From the IMG/VR virus record IMGVR_UViG_3300012352_000418, positions 1 through 64,000 of that record: a stretch of DNA of 64,000 bases; one strand, given 5' to 3'. Under the pieces are notes generated by a model that was not told the DNA's origin, searched no databases, and saw only the letters and a list, made by a program, of their open reading frames with translations. The DNA comes from a virus. Below, one piece after another: positions 35,314 through 44,300 of the stretch (its first letter is position 1; the number at the start of each line of letters is the position of its first letter). The translations under genes were made by a program, and so were the position numbers.

Positions 35314-36537
35314 CTAGTTATTATCTTCATAGTCCTTGTACTTGTAGTAACCTTTATCAAAGTCAGCCTGAACTAGAAACTCTCCCATGAACCCGTTTCT
35401 GTTCTTTCTAAAGACACATTCAATGATATCACTATTTGTGCCTCTACCAAGTGCCATTACCCAGTCAGCATCGTATGCAATCTGGCGTGACCAGGAGGTT
35501 TGGCCTAGTGTTGGAACGGTATCTAGCTTGTTAACATCATCTGGCGTAGCAGAAGAAATTGCGATGATCGGAATTTCATCTGAGATAGCGAGAAGCTTTA
35601 ATTCACGAGACAAGTTCTTCATACGAACAACTTCGCTGTCAGACTTTTGGTTTGGTGACATTAGCTGCAGGTAGTCTACGATAACTAGATCTGGCTTGTA
35701 CTGGTCAATCTTTCCACGAATAACTGATGGGGTAACTTCTCCACCACTATCATTAGAAATAATGTGGAACTCTGGCTTTCCCTCAACGTGCTTCTTGTGC
35801 CATGAACGAAGAGTGTCTATCTCTACATTTCCTGCACTAAGGTTACGGTGTGACCAAAGTCCTTCACCCATGATTGTAAATACACGGTTACGAACCTCTG
35901 TCTCCGACATCTCAAGGCTAATAATAAGTGGTGACTTGCCCTGCTTCCATGCCTGTACCGCAAAGTAAAGCGATAGCCATGACTTACCAATACCTGGGTA
36001 AGCTAGGAATACACCGAGCTGACCTGGCATGATACCAGCAGGAAGATAGTTGTCAAACCCTGGAAGACCAGTCTTGATACCAATCGATCCTAGAGCATTT
36101 TGCTTTTGCACGTTCTCGTAGTAAGCTACTGCAGATTCAATGTCCGTCACATCCACATCACGGATGATTGCAGTATCTTTCTTAAGCTCAGAAGTCTTTG
36201 AGATAAGACCTTCTAGTGCTTCCACTCCCTTGCCACCCTGAACATCAGATGCGGCATTACGTAGAATATCTTTTAGACTATCGTTTAGGAACTCTGCCTG
36301 CAGCTCTTCAAGGTGGTGCTTAGTTGCACCTACCCCAGCTACTGGCTCAAAGTCACGAAACTTGTCAACAACCAAACCAGATGGTGGCACAGTGCCATTG
36401 TTCTCGAAATAGTTACGAACAAAAGTCCAAATATCATTGTGGGTAGTTAGAATCTTATCCACATTGGCTTGTAGCAATACGTGAATCTGCTTGTCGGCAA
36501 GTACCGCTGAAATTAATTTTGATTCTGTATTAGCCAT
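35314..36537 (-). CDS. dnaB: DnaB-family replicative helicase
   Basis: N-terminal DnaB-like LISAVLAD..., GLPGFD...GQLGVFLAYPGIGKSW (Walker A), VIVDYLQLM (Walker B); 407 aa. Confidence 0.85.
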   Translation of the reverse strand: MANTESKLISAVLADKQIHVLLQANVDKILTTHNDIWTFVRNYFENNGTVPPSGLVVDKFRDFEPVAGVGATKHHLEELQAEFLNDSLKDILRNAASDVQGGKGVEALEGLISKTSELKKDTAIIRDVDVTDIESAVAYYENVQKQNALGSIGIKTGLPGFDNYLPAGIMPGQLGVFLAYPGIGKSWLSLYFAVQAWKQGKSPLIISLEMSETEVRNRVFTIMGEGLWSHRNLSAGNVEIDTLRSWHKKHVEGKPEFHIISNDSGGEVTPSVIRGKIDQYKPDLVIVDYLQLMSPNQKSDSEVVRMKNLSRELKLLAISDEIPIIAISSATPDDVNKLDTVPTLGQTSWSRQIAYDADWVMALGRGTNSDIIECVFRKNRNGFMGEFLVQADFDKGYYKYKDYEDNN

Positions 36538-36838
36538 TTAGCCACTCCTTTGCCAATTTTCTACGTTCCTTTCGCTCTTGCAAGTCTCTCTCATACTGTG
36601 CACGAGCATCGATAATCTTATCTGCATAATTAGCGAAATATTTCCATGTAGGATTTTCGCTAGCCTCGAAATAGTAAGACAATAGGTCATAACAACCCTG
36701 AAGAGTGTATGACTCTATCAGGGCATCTGCTGCCCACTGCTCAACATTAATGTTATAGGATGGCCTCTCTTCGTAGTGAAAAGTATGTAACTTACTGTAT
36801 CTACTGAGCAAAGCCATCCTGTCTTTGCGTTCAGCCAT
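36530..36838 (-). CDS. hypothetical protein (102 aa)
   Basis: Track ORF coupled to both neighbours. Confidence 0.6.
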   Translation of the reverse strand: MAERKDRMALLSRYSKLHTFHYEERPSYNINVEQWAADALIESYTLQGCYDLLSYYFEASENPTWKYFANYADKIIDARAQYERDLQERKERRKLAKEWLNG

Positions 36839-37044
36839 TACTCGTCTACTTCAGCTTTAGCTTCATTGATCTTGGTAATTAGTTTACCCTCGACAAAACC
36901 GTAGACACGAGTAAACGCATCCTCAATGCTTTCGCCATCACGACGTGAGTCAATTACACCCAGGTCAATTCGAAGCGACTGGAAGTTACCTAGGTTAAGT
37001 GTATAACCAAGTGTAACGTTCACCTTAGTCTGTTCGTTTTCCAT
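36838..37044 (-). CDS. hypothetical protein (68 aa)
   Basis: Track ORF 36838-37080 trimmed to ATG 37044, downstream of the preceding stop. Confidence 0.5.
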   Translation of the reverse strand: MENEQTKVNVTLGYTLNLGNFQSLRIDLGVIDSRRDGESIEDAFTRVYGFVEGKLITKINEAKAEVDE

Positions 37045-37061
37045 TTTGCTTCTCTCTCTCA

Positions 37062-37592
37062 TTAGATAGATTCTGACCAAATAGGGACAAACCGTCCGTC
37101 TTCAGTCCTCGTATATGTAAGAATACCATCTCCCATACGTCTTGTCAACTCCTGCTTAGTGGGAGTTGAATTATTATTAATTAGACCGTCTCTCCTTGGT
37201 CTACCAATGTTGTGTGTAGCAAGTATATCACGAATCTGGTGCACTTGCGATTCTGAGTAATAAGATCTAATTTGCCAGCCACGCTCTTTGTCTACTGCTG
37301 CCCCCGTTGGAAGCGGAATCTTTCCATCTTTCATTAGTCGTGGCATATGTTTCCTATGTCTATTCACCAAAACGGAAGTTTCCATGACCGTGTAGGCTCT
37401 TTCTCTTGTTTTCTTAAAGTCTCCTAGAAGACAGCTTTCAATTCTATCTTTATTAATATTATAAACAGACACAATACCATTAGATCTATTCAGGTGATAT
37501 AGCCTGACCAGATCACCATTCAAAAACCAAACCTTTTTGCTACCAGTAATGACTGGTGCAGAGTTGTAGGCTTCCCTATCAAATGAGGCCAC
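37062..37592 (-). CDS. hypothetical protein (176 aa), possible DNA-binding regulator
   Basis: The AYTVMETSVLVNRHRKHMPRLMKDGKIP segment is HTH/excisionase-like (weak). GTG start. First gene after the structural module. Confidence 0.45.
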   Translation of the reverse strand: MASFDREAYNSAPVITGSKKVWFLNGDLVRLYHLNRSNGIVSVYNINKDRIESCLLGDFKKTRERAYTVMETSVLVNRHRKHMPRLMKDGKIPLPTGAAVDKERGWQIRSYYSESQVHQIRDILATHNIGRPRRDGLINNNSTPTKQELTRRMGDGILTYTRTEDGRFVPIWSESI

Positions 37593-37600
37593 GTGGTCTC

Positions 37601-38047
37601 CTAAGAGTTCTTGATTCCCACAGCAATCATCTGTAGCTCTACGTTGAGAACACCAGTTGAAGTTGTGTTAATTACACCCTTAACGCCTGTAGTAGTAATA
37701 GACGTAATAACGAGAACGTCTACCTGGCTGTCATTACTTGTTGCATTTCTCTTTGGAGTTACAGTCACTACTGGGGGGTAGTCAAACATCATATCAAACA
37801 AGATCTCGAACTCTCGGTCAACAGAAGCTGCTGAAGATGTTGTGAGGTTTAGGTTATGCTTCTTGGCAACAACAATGGTTTGGCCCACTGGCACTTGCTT
37901 TCTTGGTGTACCTGGAGCAATATCGATAATATTGCCAGCATTGGTAACTGAAAGCTGTGTAGAGACCTTGTTGATGGCCTCTGTGATCTGATACATGTAG
38001 TCATAATCAATTGGTTGACCACGTTGTGGTAGAGGTAGAATAGCCAT
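37601..38047 (-). CDS. tail-associated structural protein (148 aa; positional)
   Basis: Last gene of the tail-fibre run, T/S/V-rich. TGATATAAT 6 nt upstream of the ATG. Confidence 0.55.
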   Translation of the reverse strand: MAILPLPQRGQPIDYDYMYQITEAINKVSTQLSVTNAGNIIDIAPGTPRKQVPVGQTIVVAKKHNLNLTTSSAASVDREFEILFDMMFDYPPVVTVTPKRNATSNDSQVDVLVITSITTTGVKGVINTTSTGVLNVELQMIAVGIKNS

Positions 38048-38053
38048 AGACTA

Positions 38054-38062
38054 ATTATATCA
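38054..38062 (-). promoter_or_regulatory. extended -10 promoter TGaTATAAT, leaderless-type
   Basis: The minus strand reads gTGaTATAATtagtctATG; 6 nt to ATG 38047. The TGA is also the stop codon of the upstream gene. Confidence 0.4.
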
Positions 38063-38845
38063 CAGCAAGTTGCCGTCGATAACTAGTTGTTCTGGTGATC
38101 CACCGTCAATAGAGTCTGTTTGGTTAATAAATATGGTTTCGGTTTCAAATAGTTTTGCCGCAGTTCCTGTAAATTTGCTTTGAGTTGGAACCTGTACCCA
38201 CATCCTGAAGTATCTGGTGTTGATTGACACAAACCCTCCACTATCTGTTACCGTTTCGTTTGTGTCGTTAAGAACAGTAAACTTTTTGGCAGGAGCATTT
38301 ACGGTGCTTACTTGAAATACCCCGTTATATCCGTGTGGAGACAATCCAGTAATAGTTACATTGTCTCCTGGCTGAAGGTTATGTGGCTGTGTTGTTTCGT
38401 AGGTGGCAGTAGTGGCGTCATACGTTACTCCAGTTATCACAGACTCCTTAGTTTGAGCTGGAATCTTTACCGATACACTGTTTCCTTGCACTGCAGTTGC
38501 ATATTTCCAGTCAATGTTGCCCCACTGAGTGAGAGTTGGTTCGGCACCCTGAGTTGACCACTTTACATAAACGTCAAAGTTTTCCAAGTTAATGGTTGTT
38601 GGCAAGTCCCACGTAAGCTTTACGTTACTCGTATCTGTAACAATCTTCAGGTTTGGGTTATAGGATTCCCCGACAATTGAAGAAATTGGTACAACTGGTA
38701 ATTTAAACTTTGGACTCCAGGTAGAGAAGATGTCCTTGCTTTCTGTAATTACTCTGTATCTAACATAGTAAAAACCATCAGATGTAGAGTATGGCATCTT
38801 GTTGGCAGGAATTGTAACGCTTTGGATGTTGTCTGGGATAGCCAT
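38060..38845 (-). CDS. minor tail/fibre protein (261 aa) with one copy of the repeated beta-domain
   Basis: Position in the tail module. Contains TTQPHNLQPGDNVTITGLSPHGYNGVFQVSTVNAPAKKFTV. Confidence 0.6.
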   Translation of the reverse strand: MAIPDNIQSVTIPANKMPYSTSDGFYYVRYRVITESKDIFSTWSPKFKLPVVPISSIVGESYNPNLKIVTDTSNVKLTWDLPTTINLENFDVYVKWSTQGAEPTLTQWGNIDWKYATAVQGNSVSVKIPAQTKESVITGVTYDATTATYETTQPHNLQPGDNVTITGLSPHGYNGVFQVSTVNAPAKKFTVLNDTNETVTDSGGFVSINTRYFRMWVQVPTQSKFTGTAAKLFETETIFINQTDSIDGGSPEQLVIDGNLL

Positions 38846-40497
38846 TAAATCACATCCAGAGAATACCTAAACTCAATAAAGTTAGAAGTGTTTGGCAACT
38901 TAATGATTGGCTTAGGGTACGTGCCAGTTGTTCCCTGAGTAGAATTTTCAATAATTGTGTATCCCGTTAAGCCATACAGTGGATTAAAAGATGAAACGTT
39001 TTCTAGTCTAAGTCCGTCAAGAGCTACGTAATATTCATCCATAGGGTTTCCGCTTGAATCCAGTACCGAGGCGTAGGCAAGCACAACGGATGTTTCTCTC
39101 CAGGTAAAGCTTCCGTAACGAGTTAAGTCTTGAAGCTGTTGTGTAGCCACAAAATATCTGTTAGTTGCAAAATCATAGTTTGCTGAAGACAGCTCGATGT
39201 CCATCTGTGCAAAAGCTGTAATAGCTGGATCTGTCTGGTGACTGTTTGCAAACCTAAGCATTACTCTCACAGATCCAATAGCGTCAAAGGCTTCTCCGTC
39301 TGATGTGGAGTCTACACTAACTACAGAGAATGCAGCGTGCAACTCGTCGGTTGGAGAGTTTTCGTCTAACGTAAGGTTAATATTACTTGCAGCGTGAATG
39401 TGGGCACCAGAAGCTGCTGAAAATCTTGGAAGCTCTGCTGTTCCAACGCCATCTGAGACAGATGCGTTAGTGGTATTTGCAACTGTAAAAGTTTTAAGAG
39501 CAGAGTTTACAGCAGTTACAATAAATGTTCCGCTATATCCAGATGGCTCAATTCCAGCTACAGTCACTACATCGCCCACAAACAAGCCGTGAGTTTTAGC
39601 CGTAGTATATATTGCTTCTGTTGCTGTATGAGCTACTGAATCAATGGTTACCGTTTTTACTAGATCTGAAGAGTTTCCTCTTAAGAAAATACTTGGTCCC
39701 AAGTTTCTGCTACGTTCTTGTCTTGCGACTCTTAGCTCTGAATCAAAAGTGCTGTTTGATGCGTCAGCAACAAAACAGTTTGCTGCAAGCTGGGCTAGCG
39801 TTCCTTCTGTTCCATTAATTTCAGAACCTAGGCCAGTACCAGTATAGATAGATCCTGCTGTTTGTAGATCTAGCTTATTAACTACCGTTGGAATTTCTAG
39901 CGATGCTGATTCGTTGTGGTACTCCCAGCCTTCGCCTTTAACAAAAAGGAAAAGATTCTTGCTATCCGAAAGCTGTGCAGAAGGGTTTGATGCTGCAGAG
40001 TAAATTCCTAGTTCTGTAATTTCGTATCTATCAGAGGATGGGATGCTAGCCGTAAGAACAACCTTAGAGACTCCATCTTCCTGTACATATCCACGTGATG
40101 TAATAGGAACTCTAAACATTTCAAAGTCAAGAGACTGCTTGTTTGAATAGTTTCTGCTAACTTTTCCATTTGGAGAAACAGAGATTGGACTAGAGAATGT
40201 TCCAACATTTGCTGCTGTTTTAGAATAAGATACTGTTGTGCTGGTTTTTGCAGAAATCTGGTAAATGCCATTAAAGGTGGTGTCTACGTCGGAAACCGTA
40301 ATGTAGTCTCCTACCTGAATATTGTGAGGAGAGGTTGTAAGTCTTGCAACGTTACTCTCAATTGCCTTGGCCGTAACAGTAAAGCTCATTTGCTCTACTG
40401 GTTTTGGTCCACATCCTGCAGCAATATATGAAGCATAAGAGGGTGCCTGACCAAGCAGGTACTTAATAACGATAGATTTGCCCGTGTTTGTAATCAT
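38845..40497 (-). CDS. minor tail/fibre protein (550 aa) with two copies of the repeated beta-domain
   Basis: Contains TTSPHNIQVGDYITVSDVDTTFNGIYQISAKT...VSY and TTAKTHGLFVGDVVTVAGIEPSGYSGTFIVTAVNSALKTFTV. Confidence 0.6.
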   Translation of the reverse strand: MITNTGKSIVIKYLLGQAPSYASYIAAGCGPKPVEQMSFTVTAKAIESNVARLTTSPHNIQVGDYITVSDVDTTFNGIYQISAKTSTTVSYSKTAANVGTFSSPISVSPNGKVSRNYSNKQSLDFEMFRVPITSRGYVQEDGVSKVVLTASIPSSDRYEITELGIYSAASNPSAQLSDSKNLFLFVKGEGWEYHNESASLEIPTVVNKLDLQTAGSIYTGTGLGSEINGTEGTLAQLAANCFVADASNSTFDSELRVARQERSRNLGPSIFLRGNSSDLVKTVTIDSVAHTATEAIYTTAKTHGLFVGDVVTVAGIEPSGYSGTFIVTAVNSALKTFTVANTTNASVSDGVGTAELPRFSAASGAHIHAASNINLTLDENSPTDELHAAFSVVSVDSTSDGEAFDAIGSVRVMLRFANSHQTDPAITAFAQMDIELSSANYDFATNRYFVATQQLQDLTRYGSFTWRETSVVLAYASVLDSSGNPMDEYYVALDGLRLENVSSFNPLYGLTGYTIIENSTQGTTGTYPKPIIKLPNTSNFIEFRYSLDVI

Positions 40498-41354
40498 GTC
40501 TCTATAATTGTATCATTTAATATCTCTTCAAATGAGATAAACTCGATTTCAACCCTTTCCAGAGGCTTTAGATTTAGTGTGTTAACGACCAAGCCATTGT
40601 ATGTTGGACTTGTAGGGTCGGTATCAATGTAGACAATCTCACCGTTTGGACCAGTACCCTCGGATGGGGTGTATCTATTAAGTGGAATAGAGAACTGCTT
40701 AAAGTAATCCGCATCGGTGTTTTGCAAAGCAATAATCTTTACAGGACGGTACTCCATGTTCATGTTTGCTAGTCCAGTAATTGGCAGGTATGTCTGATCA
40801 ATACCGTCAATCGAATCTGTTCTGGTAATTTCCAGCAGTTCTGAGCTACCAATGTCACTGAACGTTCTCTCGAACATGGTCTCTCCATCTACGGTCTCTT
40901 CACCACTAATAAACAGTTCTGCCGTAGCAATCTTAATGCTTTGGTTTCCAGGACTTACTGGAGGAGGTGGTGGCGGAGGAGGAGGAGGTGGTGGTGCAGG
41001 AGCAATAGGAGCTGCTGCAGGAGTGGGCTTTGGCGTAGTTGCATTTAGTGCTGGGCCAGAAGGTGCTCCTGGAGTATATCCATTATAGATTGGTTGCATG
41101 TTAATGCGGCGTTCCATGGTATCGGCAGTTCCGCTAAGTCCAGCAGGTTTGGTGTACGTATATACAACCTTTGGTGCTGGTGCTGGTGCAATTGGTGCAC
41201 GCCTATCATCTGCATAAACTTTTGGTGCTGGGGCAGGAGCAGGAGCTTTGACAACAGTAATGCTTGGCTTCGGTGCTGGTGCAGCCTTTGGCACAATTAC
41301 ACTATCTCGACGTGGAGTAACTGGAGCCTTTGCAGCTGGTTTTTTTGCAGCCAT
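40494..41354 (-). CDS. Pro/Ala-rich tail-associated protein (286 aa) with a Pro12 run
   Basis: The N-terminal half contains APAPAPAPKV repeats and PPPPPPPPPPPP. The C-terminal ~150 aa look globular. Confidence 0.6.
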   Translation of the reverse strand: MAAKKPAAKAPVTPRRDSVIVPKAAPAPKPSITVVKAPAPAPAPKVYADDRRAPIAPAPAPKVVYTYTKPAGLSGTADTMERRINMQPIYNGYTPGAPSGPALNATTPKPTPAAAPIAPAPPPPPPPPPPPPVSPGNQSIKIATAELFISGEETVDGETMFERTFSDIGSSELLEITRTDSIDGIDQTYLPITGLANMNMEYRPVKIIALQNTDADYFKQFSIPLNRYTPSEGTGPNGEIVYIDTDPTSPTYNGLVVNTLNLKPLERVEIEFISFEEILNDTIIET

Positions 41355-44300
41355 TACACTACCTCACTTAAATAAACATTCATTTCTGGACCACTTGTTT
41401 CTCTTGCATAATCGATGTGATAAACGACAAACCTATCATTGGGGCTTGCCACAGCATAGTTTCCACTTTCGTCCACATAATCTATTGTAACAATATCTCC
41501 GAGCTGAAGCATCGGGTTTGAGAATGCCTTAATACCAATTAGCTTTCTTGGCTGCATCATTTTGCTGGTCATCCACCCCATCATTTCATCAGCTGCGTCT
41601 TGGCTCTGAATGTATGCGGCATTAAGGTTAAACTCCTTCTTGCCATAAACCAAACGGCTGTTTCTAATGCTTGCGTAATCTGCTCTACTTTTTATTGCTT
41701 GCAGTCCACCACTAGAGTTAATTTCTTGTTCGGCCAGGTTTGCTGTTTTAGCAAAGTAGTCGTCTACGGTCAGAACGTTTTCCGACTGACTTGTAAAGGC
41801 AACGCCACCAATTCTAAGATAAGCAGATCCAGATTCAAGGTTAAGGTCAAGGACGCTGTCCGTGGTGTTGAAGATAAGGAACTTGGCACCGTAAGGACTT
41901 GCAATAAATCCAGAAACAACGTAGTTTTGGTAAGAGCTAAATGTTGGCAATAGTTTTGCGTAAAGTGCAGGGTATGCCTTTTCATACTTAACGTCCATGT
42001 AGGCTACCTCACGCATAATTGTTCCAAATTCTTCGTAGTAAAGGTTGTACTTTACATCACCAGCCATGGTTATACCAGATAGGTACGTGTCTCTAACCAT
42101 ACCCGAAATTGAATACTTGAATAGAGAGTCATTTGCACGCTCCTTGTCGTATCCAAATACAGACTCTACTGGAGAGTCTAGTGCCTGAACACTATCAGAA
42201 GTTTGCTTTAGGGATAGTGCATAAACATTTTCAAACATAAGCTTTGACTTGCCTCTTACGAATACTGACATAGCACTTGTTCGTTCTGGGAGTGGGCTTG
42301 TATCTGTAATATTTGCGATTACCTTGTTGTTCAAGAATAGGTAGAACTGAAGAGATCCGTCTGGCTTTTGAACATATTCAACAGCAATGTCGTATACGGT
42401 TGGAACGTCTTCGTCACTTCTCTTAAATTGACCAGCAAACTGACCATCATCAACATTGATTGAGCTTTGACCTGCCCAGAGTGTGATTGGGAATGCTTCA
42501 ACTCCAGATGGGAAGTTATCTGTTGGGTCCTTTACTCCACGCTCAATCTTGTAGAAAAACATGTTGTAAACCTTGCTGCTTGCATTGTTGTATGCTGTCA
42601 GACTGTTTTCTGTTAATGCTACTATTTCAAAGTAGTATCCAAGGTTAGTAAGCTTGTCGTGCATAATTGCAATACCGCCAGAAGATCCAGTAACTGCAAG
42701 CTTGTCTGATGAATCTTTTGTTGTGGTTGTCTGGTAGGTCATGGCACCAACTGGTTGCTGACTTCCGTTAGTCGATGTAGTTGGCTTGCCGATAATTCTG
42801 AGTCTGCTACCAAAGTGGTTGTATCTGTTATCTAGTGGCTTGTGAACATAAGATAAGTAATTGATTGCACTCTCAGATGCCTCAAAGCTTGGTCCGTTAA
42901 GAATAAGAGCTGACGATTGAATTGTACCGTCAATAATTCTGTTTCCACCAAGATCATTCTCAGATATATCTTTTCTCGACATATTATTTTTAATAATGCC
43001 CGTGGTAACTGGGTGGTATTTGGAATCCACAATTCCAGATGCACCAGTCTTAGAGGTTACTGGAATTGATGTGGAAAGGTTAAATAGGTATGAAGACTCC
43101 ATCTTGCAAGCACCCTTATTGCTTGCAGATGTCCAGTAGGAAGATAGTCCTGCCTCATGTGTTCTTGGCTCAGTGCCAAACTGTCCACGTCCATGCTTTG
43201 CTACATCACCAGCCTTGATCTCACCATTCTCATACTTGGGTTCTGAATAGATCCTCACTCTACCAGTTGGGAAGATACTTCCACCGAAAGACATCTTGCC
43301 AAAATAGTTTTTGTACTCTGTTGGACTTGTAACCCATACTAGTCCGATACCAGAAACTGAGTACTCTATTGCATCATATCTGATAATTTCACCGTTAGCG
43401 TAGAAGTAGCCCTTGTGTCTTCCCATCCAAACAACAGACTCTCCAAAGTCAAGGATGTTGTTCTTAATGCAAATTGCAGTGGAGGCTACTCCAGATCTTA
43501 CTACCCCAGAAATATCTGCTGACATAGATTCCTTGTATCTGCTATCCACAACAAATGATGTCGATGTTGATCTCTTAACCCTAAATCCTTCAACATTAAA
43601 TATATTGTTTGTAAAGTTTGTTACCGTTACAATGTCTCCTGGAACAAATGAATTGTTGCAGGTGTATGAGATCTCTCTAGTAGTTTGAGAAAGCGTTGCT
43701 GCAGTAATTGTTCCAAGAACTGTGGTTGGCAATGTGCTGGTCAGCTGACTTGATAATGGAATCGACGATAGTGTGTAGCCAGAGGAGTTTCCACCATCAT
43801 CATTAATTGGCTTTGTCTTTTCTTCTGGAGCAACTTCCCAAAGAAGAGCTGCCTGGTACTTCCAAGTCTTATCTGCGTCAGAAAGGTTTGCCTGCTTTAG
43901 AGAAGAATAGTTCTTTAGAACACTTCTTGTAGAGTAAGTGATCTTGCCATCGTTGTATATCTCTTCATCTTTAGCGGATATCTCTACAATGTTTGCTAGC
44001 TCATTTGAGTTTCTCTGATTCTTTATGATACCGTCCGAAGATTTTTGAGAATCTTTTGATCCGTAAAAGACGTAGTCTACTGAACGATCTGCAGGCTCTG
44101 GCATCAAATATTCTTTTGACATTAGAGTTAGATTGTTGTACTCGTCAAAGAAGATAGCTGTCTGAGTCGACAAAGCTAGTGACTCTAGCACCTCTGCTAT
44201 AGTAACGTTTGGTCTGACAAAGAAATGCGGAATAATTGGGTCACTCTTTTTATCAATTCGTTTAAACTGATAGTTAGTAAAACCAATAGAGTCCATCAGA

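Noticed and set aside
40950-41000. (GGN)12 G-rich repeat, considered as a microsatellite, G-quadruplex or CRISPR-like repeat
   Set aside because: It is simply the antisense of the CCN codons for the Pro12 tract in the 286-aa protein. It is a single copy with no spacers.
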